Positions 1-8,181 of a DNA stretch of 64,000 nucleotides are shown piece after piece (within the stretch, counting starts at the first letter, position 1; each line of letters opens with the position of its first letter). Source of the DNA: an uncultured Bacilli bacterium (GTDB taxonomy: Bacteria > Bacillota_I > Bacilli_A > RF39 > UBA660). Where the stretch lies: positions 8,889 to 72,888 of the forward strand of contig CANQYE010000001.1 in the NCBI GenBank assembly GCA_947627995.1, written 5' to 3'. The position numbers and the translations under genes are program-made. The notes under the pieces were generated by a model. The model was not told where the DNA came from. It saw only the letters and a program-made list of their open reading frames with translations, and did not search any database.

Positions 1-432
1 ATTTTTAGAGTAATTGTTCCTGAAACAAAAGAAGTTGAAGTAAAAGACGGAAAACAAAAAGAAAAAATTAAAAAGATGTTTCCAGGATATATATTGGTAG
101 AAATGATTATGAGTGATGAAGCTTGGTATATCGTCAGAAATACTCCAGGAGTTACTGGATTTATTGGATCAAGCGGTAAAGGAGCAAAACCGACACCATT
201 ATTACCTCAAGAAATTGACAGAATTTTATCATCAATTGGTATGAGTAGGGTAAATATAGAAACAGATTTAGTAGTAGGCAATAAAGTTAATATTATTGAT
301 GGTCCTTTCAAGGGAATGTCTGGAGTTATTGATAGTTTAGACCTTGAAAATAGTAGATTAAATGTGTTAATAGATTTATTTGGGCAAGAAACACCTGTTG
401 AAGTAGAAGTGTTTCAAGTAAGTAAAATGTAA
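1..432 (+). CDS. nusG: Transcription antiterminator NusG, C-terminal part (5' end lies before the window)
   Basis: The frame is open from nt 1. Translation IFRVIVPETKEV...GYILVEM...KVNIIDGPFKGMSGVIDS matches the NusG NGN/KOW region. It sits directly upstream of rplK-rplA. Confidence 0.85.
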   Translation: MFRVIVPETKEVEVKDGKQKEKIKKMFPGYILVEMIMSDEAWYIVRNTPGVTGFIGSSGKGAKPTPLLPQEIDRILSSIGMSRVNIETDLVVGNKVNIIDGPFKGMSGVIDSLDLENSRLNVLIDLFGQETPVEVEVFQVSKM

Positions 433-1142
433 TGAATAAAATAATAGATATAACTTCTTTGACAAAAAAAGAAACTAAAAATCAAAAAGTTGAAATGAAA
501 AATTCTAGTGTTTCTTACGATAATGATGAAAATCATTTTGATTTTAATGAAATGCTAGATAGATATTTCTCAGAAAATTTGAGGTTTTTTGAAAAACATA
601 GCGTTTCATTAAAATATAGTTTATGTTTAAAATTAACATCTTGTAGTCAAAAATATAATAATGAAATTAATGATTTAATAGTAGACGATAAAGATGAAAA
701 TAAAAATATTTACCAATTTATGGATAATTTAAACATAAATATAATTGAAAAAATTATTGATGAATTCTTTTTGAAATTAATAGAAATAGTAAAAAGCAAA
801 GCCTTTGATTTAAATAATCTAATTACAAAAGATAATATTTTACACATAATAAATAAGCTAAATGATGAAATAGATCAAATAACTAATCAAGCTAATGATC
901 AATATTTAATGAAATTTAACTCAATCAATTTAGAAACACTTATGAACAATTTGCAGAATATTTTTATAAAAACTTTTCAATTTTATGATGTAAATAAAGC
1001 ATCTAAAATATTTGCAAATTATCTTCATGAATTTTATTTATTATTAATTACTTCTTTAAAGAATTTAGAAGCTTCATATTATATAAATACTAGACAAAGT
1101 TTAAATTATTTAATGGATCAAAAAACAAACAAGAAATTTTAA
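432..1142 (+). CDS. Hypothetical N/K/I-rich protein (236 aa) inserted between nusG and rplK
   Basis: ORF start overlaps the nusG stop (ATGTAATG). No recognisable motif and no TM segment. Confidence 0.4.
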   Translation: MNKIIDITSLTKKETKNQKVEMKNSSVSYDNDENHFDFNEMLDRYFSENLRFFEKHSVSLKYSLCLKLTSCSQKYNNEINDLIVDDKDENKNIYQFMDNLNINIIEKIIDEFFLKLIEIVKSKAFDLNNLITKDNILHIINKLNDEIDQITNQANDQYLMKFNSINLETLMNNLQNIFIKTFQFYDVNKASKIFANYLHEFYLLLITSLKNLEASYYINTRQSLNYLMDQKTNKKF

Positions 1143-1280
1143 AAAAATTCTTGTTTTTTAATTTATTATGTGATAAGATTTTAGTTGCAGTTATATATTT
1201 TATATAGGTGTGTAAGTGGGAGGGAATGCGGATTTGCCCTATATACCACTTTCGCGAAAAATATTTTAGGAGGTGTTTTC

Positions 1281-1871
1281 GTGACAAAAGAAGTCATTAA
1301 GAAAATTAAATTGCAAATTCCTGCTGGTAAAGCAACGCCTGCTCCTCCAGTTGGAACAATTTTAGGACCTGCTGGATTAAATCTGCAAGAATTCTGTACT
1401 AGATTTAATGATGCAAGTAAAGATAAAATGGGCGATGTTGTTCCTGTAGAGATTAGTATCTACGAAGATAGATCTTACGATTTTGTAATAAAAACTTCTC
1501 CTGCAGCATTTTTACTTAAAAAGATTGCAAAAATTAATAAGGGAAGTGCTAAAGGAGCAAATCATATCGTAGCTACTATTTCAAAAGATGATTTAAGAAA
1601 AATTGCAGAAACTAAACTACCAGATTTAAATGCATATACTGTTGAAGAAGCTATGAAAATCATTGAAGGAACGGCTCGTAATATGGGAATTGCTATTGAA
1701 GGATTAAATGATGCTGAATTAAAAGAACAAGAAAAAGAAGCCGAAATAGCTGAAAAAGAAGCTGAAAAAAGAGCAGAACAATTAGAACAACTTGAAGCTG
1801 AAGCTAAAGAAATAAATGAAGCTAAAGACGTTGAACTAGTTGATGCAAAAGAAGAACAAACTGAAGAATAA
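1281..1871 (+). CDS. rplK: 50S ribosomal protein L11 with about 50 aa C-terminal E/K/A-rich extension
   Basis: GTG start with AGGAGG 7 nt upstream. [25 protein letters not shown] is the L11 signature. Tail [32 protein letters not shown] follows the normal L11 end. Confidence 0.9.
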   Translation: MTKEVIKKIKLQIPAGKATPAPPVGTILGPAGLNLQEFCTRFNDASKDKMGDVVPVEISIYEDRSYDFVIKTSPAAFLLKKIAKINKGSAKGANHIVATISKDDLRKIAETKLPDLNAYTVEEAMKIIEGTARNMGIAIEGLNDAELKEQEKEAEIAEKEAEKRAEQLEQLEAEAKEINEAKDVELVDAKEEQTEE

Positions 1872-1919
1872 AATTAAATATTAAACAAATCCGCTAATTA
1901 AATATAATTAGGAGGTAAT

Positions 1920-2618
1920 ATGAAAAAGTTAGGAAAAAAATACGTTGAAGCTTCAAAAAAAGTTGATAAAAATAAAGAATATTCAATTGAAGAAGCTATT
2001 AGTTTAGTAAAAGAAACATCTTATACTAAATTTGATGGAACTATTGAAGTAGCAATTAATTTAAATATTGATGCAAAAAAATCTGATCAACAAATTAGAA
2101 GCTCAGTAGTTTTACCTAAAGGAACAGGGAAAAATCGTAAAGTTTTAGTAATCGCTAAAGCAGATGCTGCAAAAGAAGCTGAAAATGCTGGTGCTGATTA
2201 TGTAGGTGCTGAAGAATTAATTGAAAAAATGGAAAAAGAAAATTGGTTCGACTTTGATGTTATCGTTGCAACACCTGATATGATGCCTAAACTTGGTAAG
2301 TTAGGTAAAGTTTTAGGACCAAAAGGTTTAATGCCTAACCCTAAAACAAAAACTGTTACACCAAATCCAGCTGCTACTGTTTTAGATATTAAAAAAGGTA
2401 TGATTGAATACAAAACAGATACTTATGGAAATATTCATAGTATTATAGGTAAAACTTCTTTTAGTAATGAAGATTTAAAAGAGAATTTAGAATATTTTGT
2501 AAAATTAATAATTGCTAACAAACCACAAGCGGTTAAAGGCAAGTTTATAAAAAATATATCTATTGCTTCTACTATGGGACCTGGAATTAAAATAGATCAA
2601 AATTGTTTTGACAAATAA
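1920..2618 (+). CDS. rplA: 50S ribosomal protein L1
   Basis: RBS AGGAGG present. Protein is L1-like (VDKNKEYSIEEAI..., GKVLGPKGLMPNPKTKTVT). Confidence 0.9.
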   Translation: MKKLGKKYVEASKKVDKNKEYSIEEAISLVKETSYTKFDGTIEVAINLNIDAKKSDQQIRSSVVLPKGTGKNRKVLVIAKADAAKEAENAGADYVGAEELIEKMEKENWFDFDVIVATPDMMPKLGKLGKVLGPKGLMPNPKTKTVTPNPAATVLDIKKGMIEYKTDTYGNIHSIIGKTSFSNEDLKENLEYFVKLIIANKPQAVKGKFIKNISIASTMGPGIKIDQNCFDK

Positions 2619-2624
2619 ATAAAA

Positions 2625-2760
2625 AAAAGATATACTAATATTAAATAAAAAGCGAGTACCAGAGACAGTAGGTATAAAAGTAAATCCTACCGAGGAAAAG
2701 TAAATGAAATTATAAAATAATTTTACTTTCCCTTGGGAAAGTTTTTAATTTATAAGGAGG
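2625..2760 (+). promoter_or_regulatory. Putative L10(L12) autoregulatory leader in the rplA-rplJ intergenic region
   Basis: 147-nt spacer with a hairpin (GTAGGTATAAAAGTAAATCCTAC). Its position matches the ribosomal-protein L10 leader of Firmicutes. Confidence 0.35.
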
Positions 2761-2765
2761 AAATT

Positions 2766-3260
2766 ATGGCAAGTGCAAAAATCATAAATCATAAAAAAGA
2801 TATTGTTAAAGAAATAGTTAATAATATCAAAAATAGCGAAGCTGTAATAGTGTTTACTTATCAAGGACTTGATGTATCTCAAATTAGTACATTAAGAAAT
2901 GAACTTAAATCTAAAGATGGTGAAGTAAAAATATATAAAAACACTTTAGTAAAAAGAGCTCTTGATGAATTAAATATTAGCTTAGATGGATTTATGGAAG
3001 GACCAAACGCTATAATGTTTGGTAAAGATATAATCGATTCAATTAAAATTTTAACTAAATTTGCTAAAGATAATAAGGTTTTAGATATTAAAACTGGAAT
3101 TATTTCTGGCGAAGTAGTTAATATAGATACAATCAATAAATATGCAACTATACCATCACTAGAGGGATTACTTACAATGTTTGCAGGTGGTTTAATGGAA
3201 CATGTTAGAAATGTTGCAATAGCATTAGATTTGTATGCCAAAAAATTAGAAGAAAAATAA
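2766..3260 (+). CDS. rplJ: 50S ribosomal protein L10
   Basis: ATG after [24 protein letters not shown]... is L10-like. Confidence 0.9.
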   Translation: MASAKIINHKKDIVKEIVNNIKNSEAVIVFTYQGLDVSQISTLRNELKSKDGEVKIYKNTLVKRALDELNISLDGFMEGPNAIMFGKDIIDSIKILTKFAKDNKVLDIKTGIISGEVVNIDTINKYATIPSLEGLLTMFAGGLMEHVRNVAIALDLYAKKLEEK

Positions 3261-3276
3261 GAAAGGAAAGATAAAT

Positions 3277-3648
3277 ATGGCAAAATTAAAAACAAGTGAA
3301 ATTATTGACGCAATTAAGGAAATGAAAATTCTTGAAGTAAAAGAATTAGTTGATGCAATTAGTGAAGAATTTGGAGTTGATCCATCAGCTGTTGCAGTAG
3401 CTGCAGCACCAGTTGCTGGCGCTACAGAAGATGAAGGAAGTTCAACAAAAACAGTTGTTCTTAAAGATGCAGGAGCTGCTAAAATTCAAGTAATTAAAGC
3501 AATTAGAGATATTACTGGACTTGGACTAGTTGAAGCTAAAGGATTAGCTGATAATGGGGGAAATGTTAAAGAAAATATTCCTGCTGAAGAAGCTAATGAA
3601 ATTAAAGCTAAATTAGAAGAAGCTGGAGCAACTGTAGAATTAGCATAA
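3277..3648 (+). CDS. rplL: 50S ribosomal protein L7/L12
   Basis: Ala-rich hinge ([16 protein letters not shown]). C-terminal domain ends [13 protein letters not shown]. Confidence 0.9.
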   Translation: MAKLKTSEIIDAIKEMKILEVKELVDAISEEFGVDPSAVAVAAAPVAGATEDEGSSTKTVVLKDAGAAKIQVIKAIRDITGLGLVEAKGLADNGGNVKENIPAEEANEIKAKLEEAGATVELA

Positions 3649-3653
3649 TTAGG

Positions 3654-3681
3654 GATTACTATTTTTAGTAATCTTTTTTTT
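3654..3681 (+). terminator. Rho-independent terminator after rplL
   Basis: Stem GATTACTA / TAGTAATC followed by T8. Confidence 0.5.
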
Positions 3682-3698
3682 AAGTTAGGGGAAGTATT

Positions 3699-4151
3699 AT
3701 GGTAAAAGAAAATAGTAAATATAACGATAGTTTTATAGTTGAAATTTATCAAAAATTAAAATTAATGAATAATAAGGAATTAAAATTTTTAAAGGAATTT
3801 AAAGATTTATTCTTATTTAAAGATACTAAATATATAATATTATTAATAGAATATAAAACATTAAGTTCAATTATAATCAAACATTTAATGGCCGAAAAAA
3901 GCCTTGATTTTCATTTATTTATATATATGCACTATATAAGAAATTGTATAACTGATTTAAAACAAGGCAACATAAATCAAGCAATTAATAAGTATATAGA
4001 TATGATGGAATTTATAAAAGAAAAATACAACATAGAAAATATTACAATTGATTTATCACATTTAAGTTTAAATACTATTAGAACTGATGAATTAAATGAT
4101 GAATATGTTGAAGTTTTATGTAAAAAATTAATAGTACCAAAAAATAAATAG
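3699..4151 (+). CDS. Hypothetical protein (150 aa) where rpoB normally follows rplL
   Basis: ORF with upstream GGGGAAG. No recognisable motif. Confidence 0.4.
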   Translation: MVKENSKYNDSFIVEIYQKLKLMNNKELKFLKEFKDLFLFKDTKYIILLIEYKTLSSIIIKHLMAEKSLDFHLFIYMHYIRNCITDLKQGNINQAINKYIDMMEFIKEKYNIENITIDLSHLSLNTIRTDELNDEYVEVLCKKLIVPKNK

Positions 4152-4169
4152 AGCTTTAAAGCTCTTTTT
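4150..4169 (+). terminator. Rho-independent terminator
   Basis: Palindrome AGAGCT-TTAA-AGCTCT followed by TTTT. Confidence 0.5.
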
Positions 4170-4198
4170 AATTGTGTAGACAAAACATTTAATTTTTG

Positions 4199-4207
4199 AT
4201 ATAATTT
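4199..4207 (+). promoter_or_regulatory. Extended -10 element (TGaTATAAT) upstream of rnj
   Basis: TGATATAAT lies about 45 nt upstream of the rnj ATG. No clear -35. Confidence 0.35.
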
Positions 4208-4254
4208 TTTTAGCTTTTAAAACTTTTTATAAAATTAGAAAAGAGATGTTTATT

Positions 4255-5889
4255 ATGAGTAAGATAAAAATCATGGCTCTAGGTGGCTTAAATGAAAATG
4301 GAAAAAACACGTATGTTGTAGAGGTTGATGAATCAATATTTGTTTTTGATTGTGGTTTAAAATATGCTAATGAAAATTTATTTGGTATTGATTACATTAT
4401 TCCTGATTTTTCCTATTTGATTAAAAATCGTAAGAGAATAAAAGGGTTGTTTATAACTCATGGTCATAATGAAAATATGGGCGCTGTTTATGATTTGGTA
4501 AAAGATATTCCTCAATTAAAAATATATGCTACAAAATTTACTAAGTATATGTTAATAAATTTAGGAGTTAATTCTAAAAATATAATTGAGATATTACCCC
4601 ATAAAAAGATAAATTTTGGGACTTGTAGTATTTTTCCAATTAGTATTTCACACTCTGCACCAGATAGCGTAATGTATGTATTGAATACAAAAGATGGTGC
4701 TGTAGCATATACGGGAGATTTTATTATTGATCCTGCTATGATGGGACCATATGGAATGGATCTTGGTAAATTCGGTTATATTGGTAAGCAAGGAGTTTTA
4801 TGTTTATTATCTGAATCAGTTTTTTCAGAAAATCAAGGACATACTTCACCTAATCATCGCTTATTAAATTTCTTTAAAGATGCTGTTAATCATGCAGAAA
4901 ATCGTTTATTATTTTTAGTCCTACCTAATCATTTATATACAATTCAAGAAATATTTGATAGTTTAAAAAATTCTCATCGTAAAGTAGTTATAATGGGTAA
5001 GAAGTTGCAAAATATTATAGCTTTTGGTAAAGAAAACGGATATTTAAATTTTAAAGATGATATGCTTGGTGATCTTTCCAATATAAATGATAAAAATTCT
5101 GTTTTATTAATTGGGGAAACTCAAGAAAGGCCTTATGCATCTATTGATAAGATTTTAAATAATTATGATAAGTTTATTACTTTAAAGAAATCTGATACTG
5201 TTGTATTTGCACTGCCAAAAAGAGATGATACAGAAAAAAAATTAGTAAAAATATTAGATGAAATTGCCAGATGTGATGCAACATTTTTAGAAATCCCAAA
5301 AGATAAAAATATATTACATCATGCCTCTAGTGAAGATTTAATGCTAATGATACGTTTATTAAGTCCTAAATATTATATGCCGGTTAAAGGTGAATACCGA
5401 TATATGGTAAAAAATGCTGATATTGCTAATTCCCTAGGCATAAGTAAAGAAAATATTTTGTTAAAACAAAATGGAGATGTTATAAATATCGTTAATGGAA
5501 AATTAGAAGATAAGTTTGAAACGATTAAGGTTAATGATGTTTTGATTGATGGAAAAAGCAATGATGATGTGGGTGAGCTTGTTATAAAAGATCGTGAAAT
5601 GTTAAGCGAAAATGGAATTGTATTGATTAGTGCAACACTTAAAAAAAGAGGAAAAAATATTTTAGTTGGACCAGAAGTTACGACTAGAGGTTTTATCTAT
5701 ATTAAAGATTCTAAAGAAATTATTGATAAAATTAAAGAAATTTCTCATGAAATTATAATAAAAAATACTATTGATAATTATGTTGAGTATAGTAAAATAA
5801 AAGTAGAAATAAGGGAAGAATTAAGCAAATATTTGTTTGAAGAAACAGGATGTAAACCAATGATTATTGCTGTAATTCAAGAAATTTAA
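4255..5889 (+). CDS. rnj: Ribonuclease J (metallo-beta-lactamase / beta-CASP RNase)
   Basis: MSKIKIMALGGLNENGKN start. HGHNENMGA (HxHxDH-like) and the beta-CASP region are present. Length about 544 aa. Confidence 0.9.
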   Translation: MSKIKIMALGGLNENGKNTYVVEVDESIFVFDCGLKYANENLFGIDYIIPDFSYLIKNRKRIKGLFITHGHNENMGAVYDLVKDIPQLKIYATKFTKYMLINLGVNSKNIIEILPHKKINFGTCSIFPISISHSAPDSVMYVLNTKDGAVAYTGDFIIDPAMMGPYGMDLGKFGYIGKQGVLCLLSESVFSENQGHTSPNHRLLNFFKDAVNHAENRLLFLVLPNHLYTIQEIFDSLKNSHRKVVIMGKKLQNIIAFGKENGYLNFKDDMLGDLSNINDKNSVLLIGETQERPYASIDKILNNYDKFITLKKSDTVVFALPKRDDTEKKLVKILDEIARCDATFLEIPKDKNILHHASSEDLMLMIRLLSPKYYMPVKGEYRYMVKNADIANSLGISKENILLKQNGDVINIVNGKLEDKFETIKVNDVLIDGKSNDDVGELVIKDREMLSENGIVLISATLKKRGKNILVGPEVTTRGFIYIKDSKEIIDKIKEISHEIIIKNTIDNYVEYSKIKVEIREELSKYLFEETGCKPMIIAVIQEI

Positions 5890-5890
5890 T

Positions 5891-6838
5891 ATGAAAAAAA
5901 GAAAAAAGAAGCGTTTTAAATTAAAAAGAAGCATTAAATTTTTATTATTTTTAATAATTATAATAATTATTTTGTTTCCAAATTTTAAAAATAATGAAAA
6001 AAATATAACAAACAAATCGGATATTAAAACATGTTTAAATAATTATAAAGTAGATATGGAAGATGAAAAGCAAGAATTAGATAGTTATTTAAGTAATTAT
6101 AAAGTTTCTGTTTTATATCAAAATAAAGTAGATGATTTATCATATAAATATAATGAAGAAGAAGCATATTATTCAGCAAGTACAATTAAAATTATTGATG
6201 CCTTATATATTTATGAAAAAGCTGAAAAACAAGAAATTAATTTAGCTAGTCATATTAATAACTTAAATGATGTAAATAAGGCTAATAGTAAAATAATCAA
6301 TAGTAGTAATATTAAAGATTTAACAATTCGTGATTTAGTTAAATATTTAATAACTTTTTCAGACAATAGAGCACATATTTTACTTGTTAATAATTATGGT
6401 TTTAATACTTTAAGTAATTTTAATAAATCATTAGGAACTAATTATTATATTAAAAATTATGATTATTATACTACAATTAATTTACATGATGCTAATATTT
6501 ATTTAAATAGATTATATAAATATTTATCTAGTAATGGAAAATATAGTAACGAATTAAAAGAATATTTTGCTAATAAAAATGATAATTATATTAATTTGGA
6601 TGAAAGAAATATTGCTTCTTCTCATAAATTTGGTTATTATGGTACATATTTCCATGATATTGGTATTATTTATGATAATAATCCATATTTAATTGCTGTT
6701 TTAACAAAAGAAGCAAATAATGATTATGCTAATATTATACATAATATATCCTTAAAAATTAATGATTTTCATAAAAAATATTATATAAAAAAAGAATTAG
6801 GCTGTTTATTAAAAGAAGTAAAATCTTTTAATAAATAG
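5891..6838 (+). CDS. Membrane-anchored class A beta-lactamase-like serine hydrolase
   Basis: Polybasic N-terminus plus hydrophobic anchor. STIK (SxxK), FSDN (SDN), and KFG in place of KTG. Confidence 0.5.
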   Translation: MKKRKKKRFKLKRSIKFLLFLIIIIIILFPNFKNNEKNITNKSDIKTCLNNYKVDMEDEKQELDSYLSNYKVSVLYQNKVDDLSYKYNEEEAYYSASTIKIIDALYIYEKAEKQEINLASHINNLNDVNKANSKIINSSNIKDLTIRDLVKYLITFSDNRAHILLVNNYGFNTLSNFNKSLGTNYYIKNYDYYTTINLHDANIYLNRLYKYLSSNGKYSNELKEYFANKNDNYINLDERNIASSHKFGYYGTYFHDIGIIYDNNPYLIAVLTKEANNDYANIIHNISLKINDFHKKYYIKKELGCLLKEVKSFNK

Positions 6839-6842
6839 TTTT

Positions 6843-8078
6843 TTAATTCTTTTGAAATATTTTATTTAATTTATTAGATTTTAATAATGAATTATATGCT
6901 TTTTCATTAATTACTAAATCAGCTTCGCCAAAAAATTCAAATACTCGTGGATTAAAACCAAATTTGAATCTATTTAATCCATTATAAGGGTTTTCTTTAG
7001 AAAAGTCTCCTGTTAGGCCGTTTAAATCAGCAAATTTAAATTCGTCTTTATAATAATTTAAAATCTCATAATGAAGGAAATAATTTGGACAAAAGCTTTT
7101 ATATTTTTTATTATAGCCACTCATCGAAAAATAGATTCTATTTTCATATTTAATTACTAATGCACCCGCAATATACTCATTATTTCCTTCTTTTAAACCA
7201 TTAGTGGCTTTAATAATATTATTTTTAAGAATGGTAATAATTTTATCAGATTCCATTTTTTTATTAATATTTGTTTTAGTTGGTTTAGTTTTTATAATTT
7301 CATTATATTCATTATTTTTTTTCATTTCTTCATCATACAATGATTGCATGTTAATTAAATATTTTTCATAATTTATTTTGACTAAAAACAAATCTATTAA
7401 ATCATTTCTACTAAATACATTAAAATAATCTTTATAATAATTTACATCATTATTTCTTTTGCTTTTTACAAAATTATAAAATATATCAATTTTATCATAT
7501 GATACAACTTCTAACTCTAAACCTTTTTGATAACCTTTTCTTATTTTATTGCGTGTGTTTTTTAAACATTTTTCTAAAGAAAATTTTTGAAGGTTTATTA
7601 TCCCATTAAATCTTGGTATCAATGATTCAAAATGAGTAGATTGTTTTAAATATTTATAGCCTAAAGAATTTAAAGAATTAATTAAAGAAGTATTACTATT
7701 ATAAATAGTTTTGTAATTATCTTTATATTTAACTTCACCAATAGCAATTTCTGGATTTATTTTAATAAACACAAAATTTTTTTTAGAATAATATTCTCTT
7801 AAATCTTTAGTGAAATTATTTAATAAAGTATCATTAAAATAATCTAAAAGGAATCCACTAGGAGCGTAGCCATAAAAAGAATTCCAACCAATCTTTTTAT
7901 AAATAATTAAGCTCGCTGCAACTATTTTATCATTATAATCTACATAACCAATAAAATCATAATCAAAGCCTTGCTCACTCATTAATAAAGCGTAATTTGA
8001 TGTTTGACGATAATTTTTTAAAGGACTACTTTTAGCAAATTCATCAAATTCAAAAATAGTTAACTCTTTTATTTTCAT
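6843..8078 (-). CDS. FemAB-family aminoacyl-tRNA-dependent peptidoglycan interpeptide-bridge transferase
   Basis: Co-linear similarity to S. aureus FemA over the N-terminus (MKIKELTIFEFDEFAKSSPLKNYRQTSNYALL...). Length 411 aa. Confidence 0.8.
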   Translation of the reverse strand: MKIKELTIFEFDEFAKSSPLKNYRQTSNYALLMSEQGFDYDFIGYVDYNDKIVAASLIIYKKIGWNSFYGYAPSGFLLDYFNDTLLNNFTKDLREYYSKKNFVFIKINPEIAIGEVKYKDNYKTIYNSNTSLINSLNSLGYKYLKQSTHFESLIPRFNGIINLQKFSLEKCLKNTRNKIRKGYQKGLELEVVSYDKIDIFYNFVKSKRNNDVNYYKDYFNVFSRNDLIDLFLVKINYEKYLINMQSLYDEEMKKNNEYNEIIKTKPTKTNINKKMESDKIITILKNNIIKATNGLKEGNNEYIAGALVIKYENRIYFSMSGYNKKYKSFCPNYFLHYEILNYYKDEFKFADLNGLTGDFSKENPYNGLNRFKFGFNPRVFEFFGEADLVINEKAYNSLLKSNKLNKIFQKN

Positions 8079-8181
8079 AGCTTTCTCCTTTACTCAGTAT
8101 AGAAATTATATCATAAAATATAATATTATAGTAGTTAAAAAAGAATAATTTATGATATAATTGTAAAAAGGAAGTGATATT

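Noticed and set aside
1090-1287. Minus-strand 65-aa ORF overlapping the rplK leader
   Set aside because: It overlaps the rplK start and RBS region, has no RBS of its own, and lies in a conserved leader region.
2198-2413. Antisense or alternative-frame ORFs from the six-frame track that overlap conserved genes (for example 2198-2413 minus, 2879-3295 minus, 3486-3752 minus, 19711-20124 minus, 22001-22768 minus, 29924-30136 plus, 49733-50494 minus, 52256-52873 plus, 53889-54245 minus, 59784-60104 plus, 62945-63226 minus)
   Set aside because: They lie inside well-supported genes on the other strand or frame, lack RBS, and have low-complexity composition. They are typical shadow ORFs.
5891-5910. 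A7 run at the 5' end of the beta-lactamase-like gene as a slipped-strand switch
   Set aside because: A/T homopolymers of 7-9 are frequent throughout this AT-rich sequence. Only the G tracts stand out against composition.
8079-8181. T-box or riboswitch leader upstream of the metG-like gene
   Set aside because: The intergenic region is only about 100 bp and is shared with the divergent FemAB promoter. This is too short for a T-box. No specifier or antiterminator structure was found.
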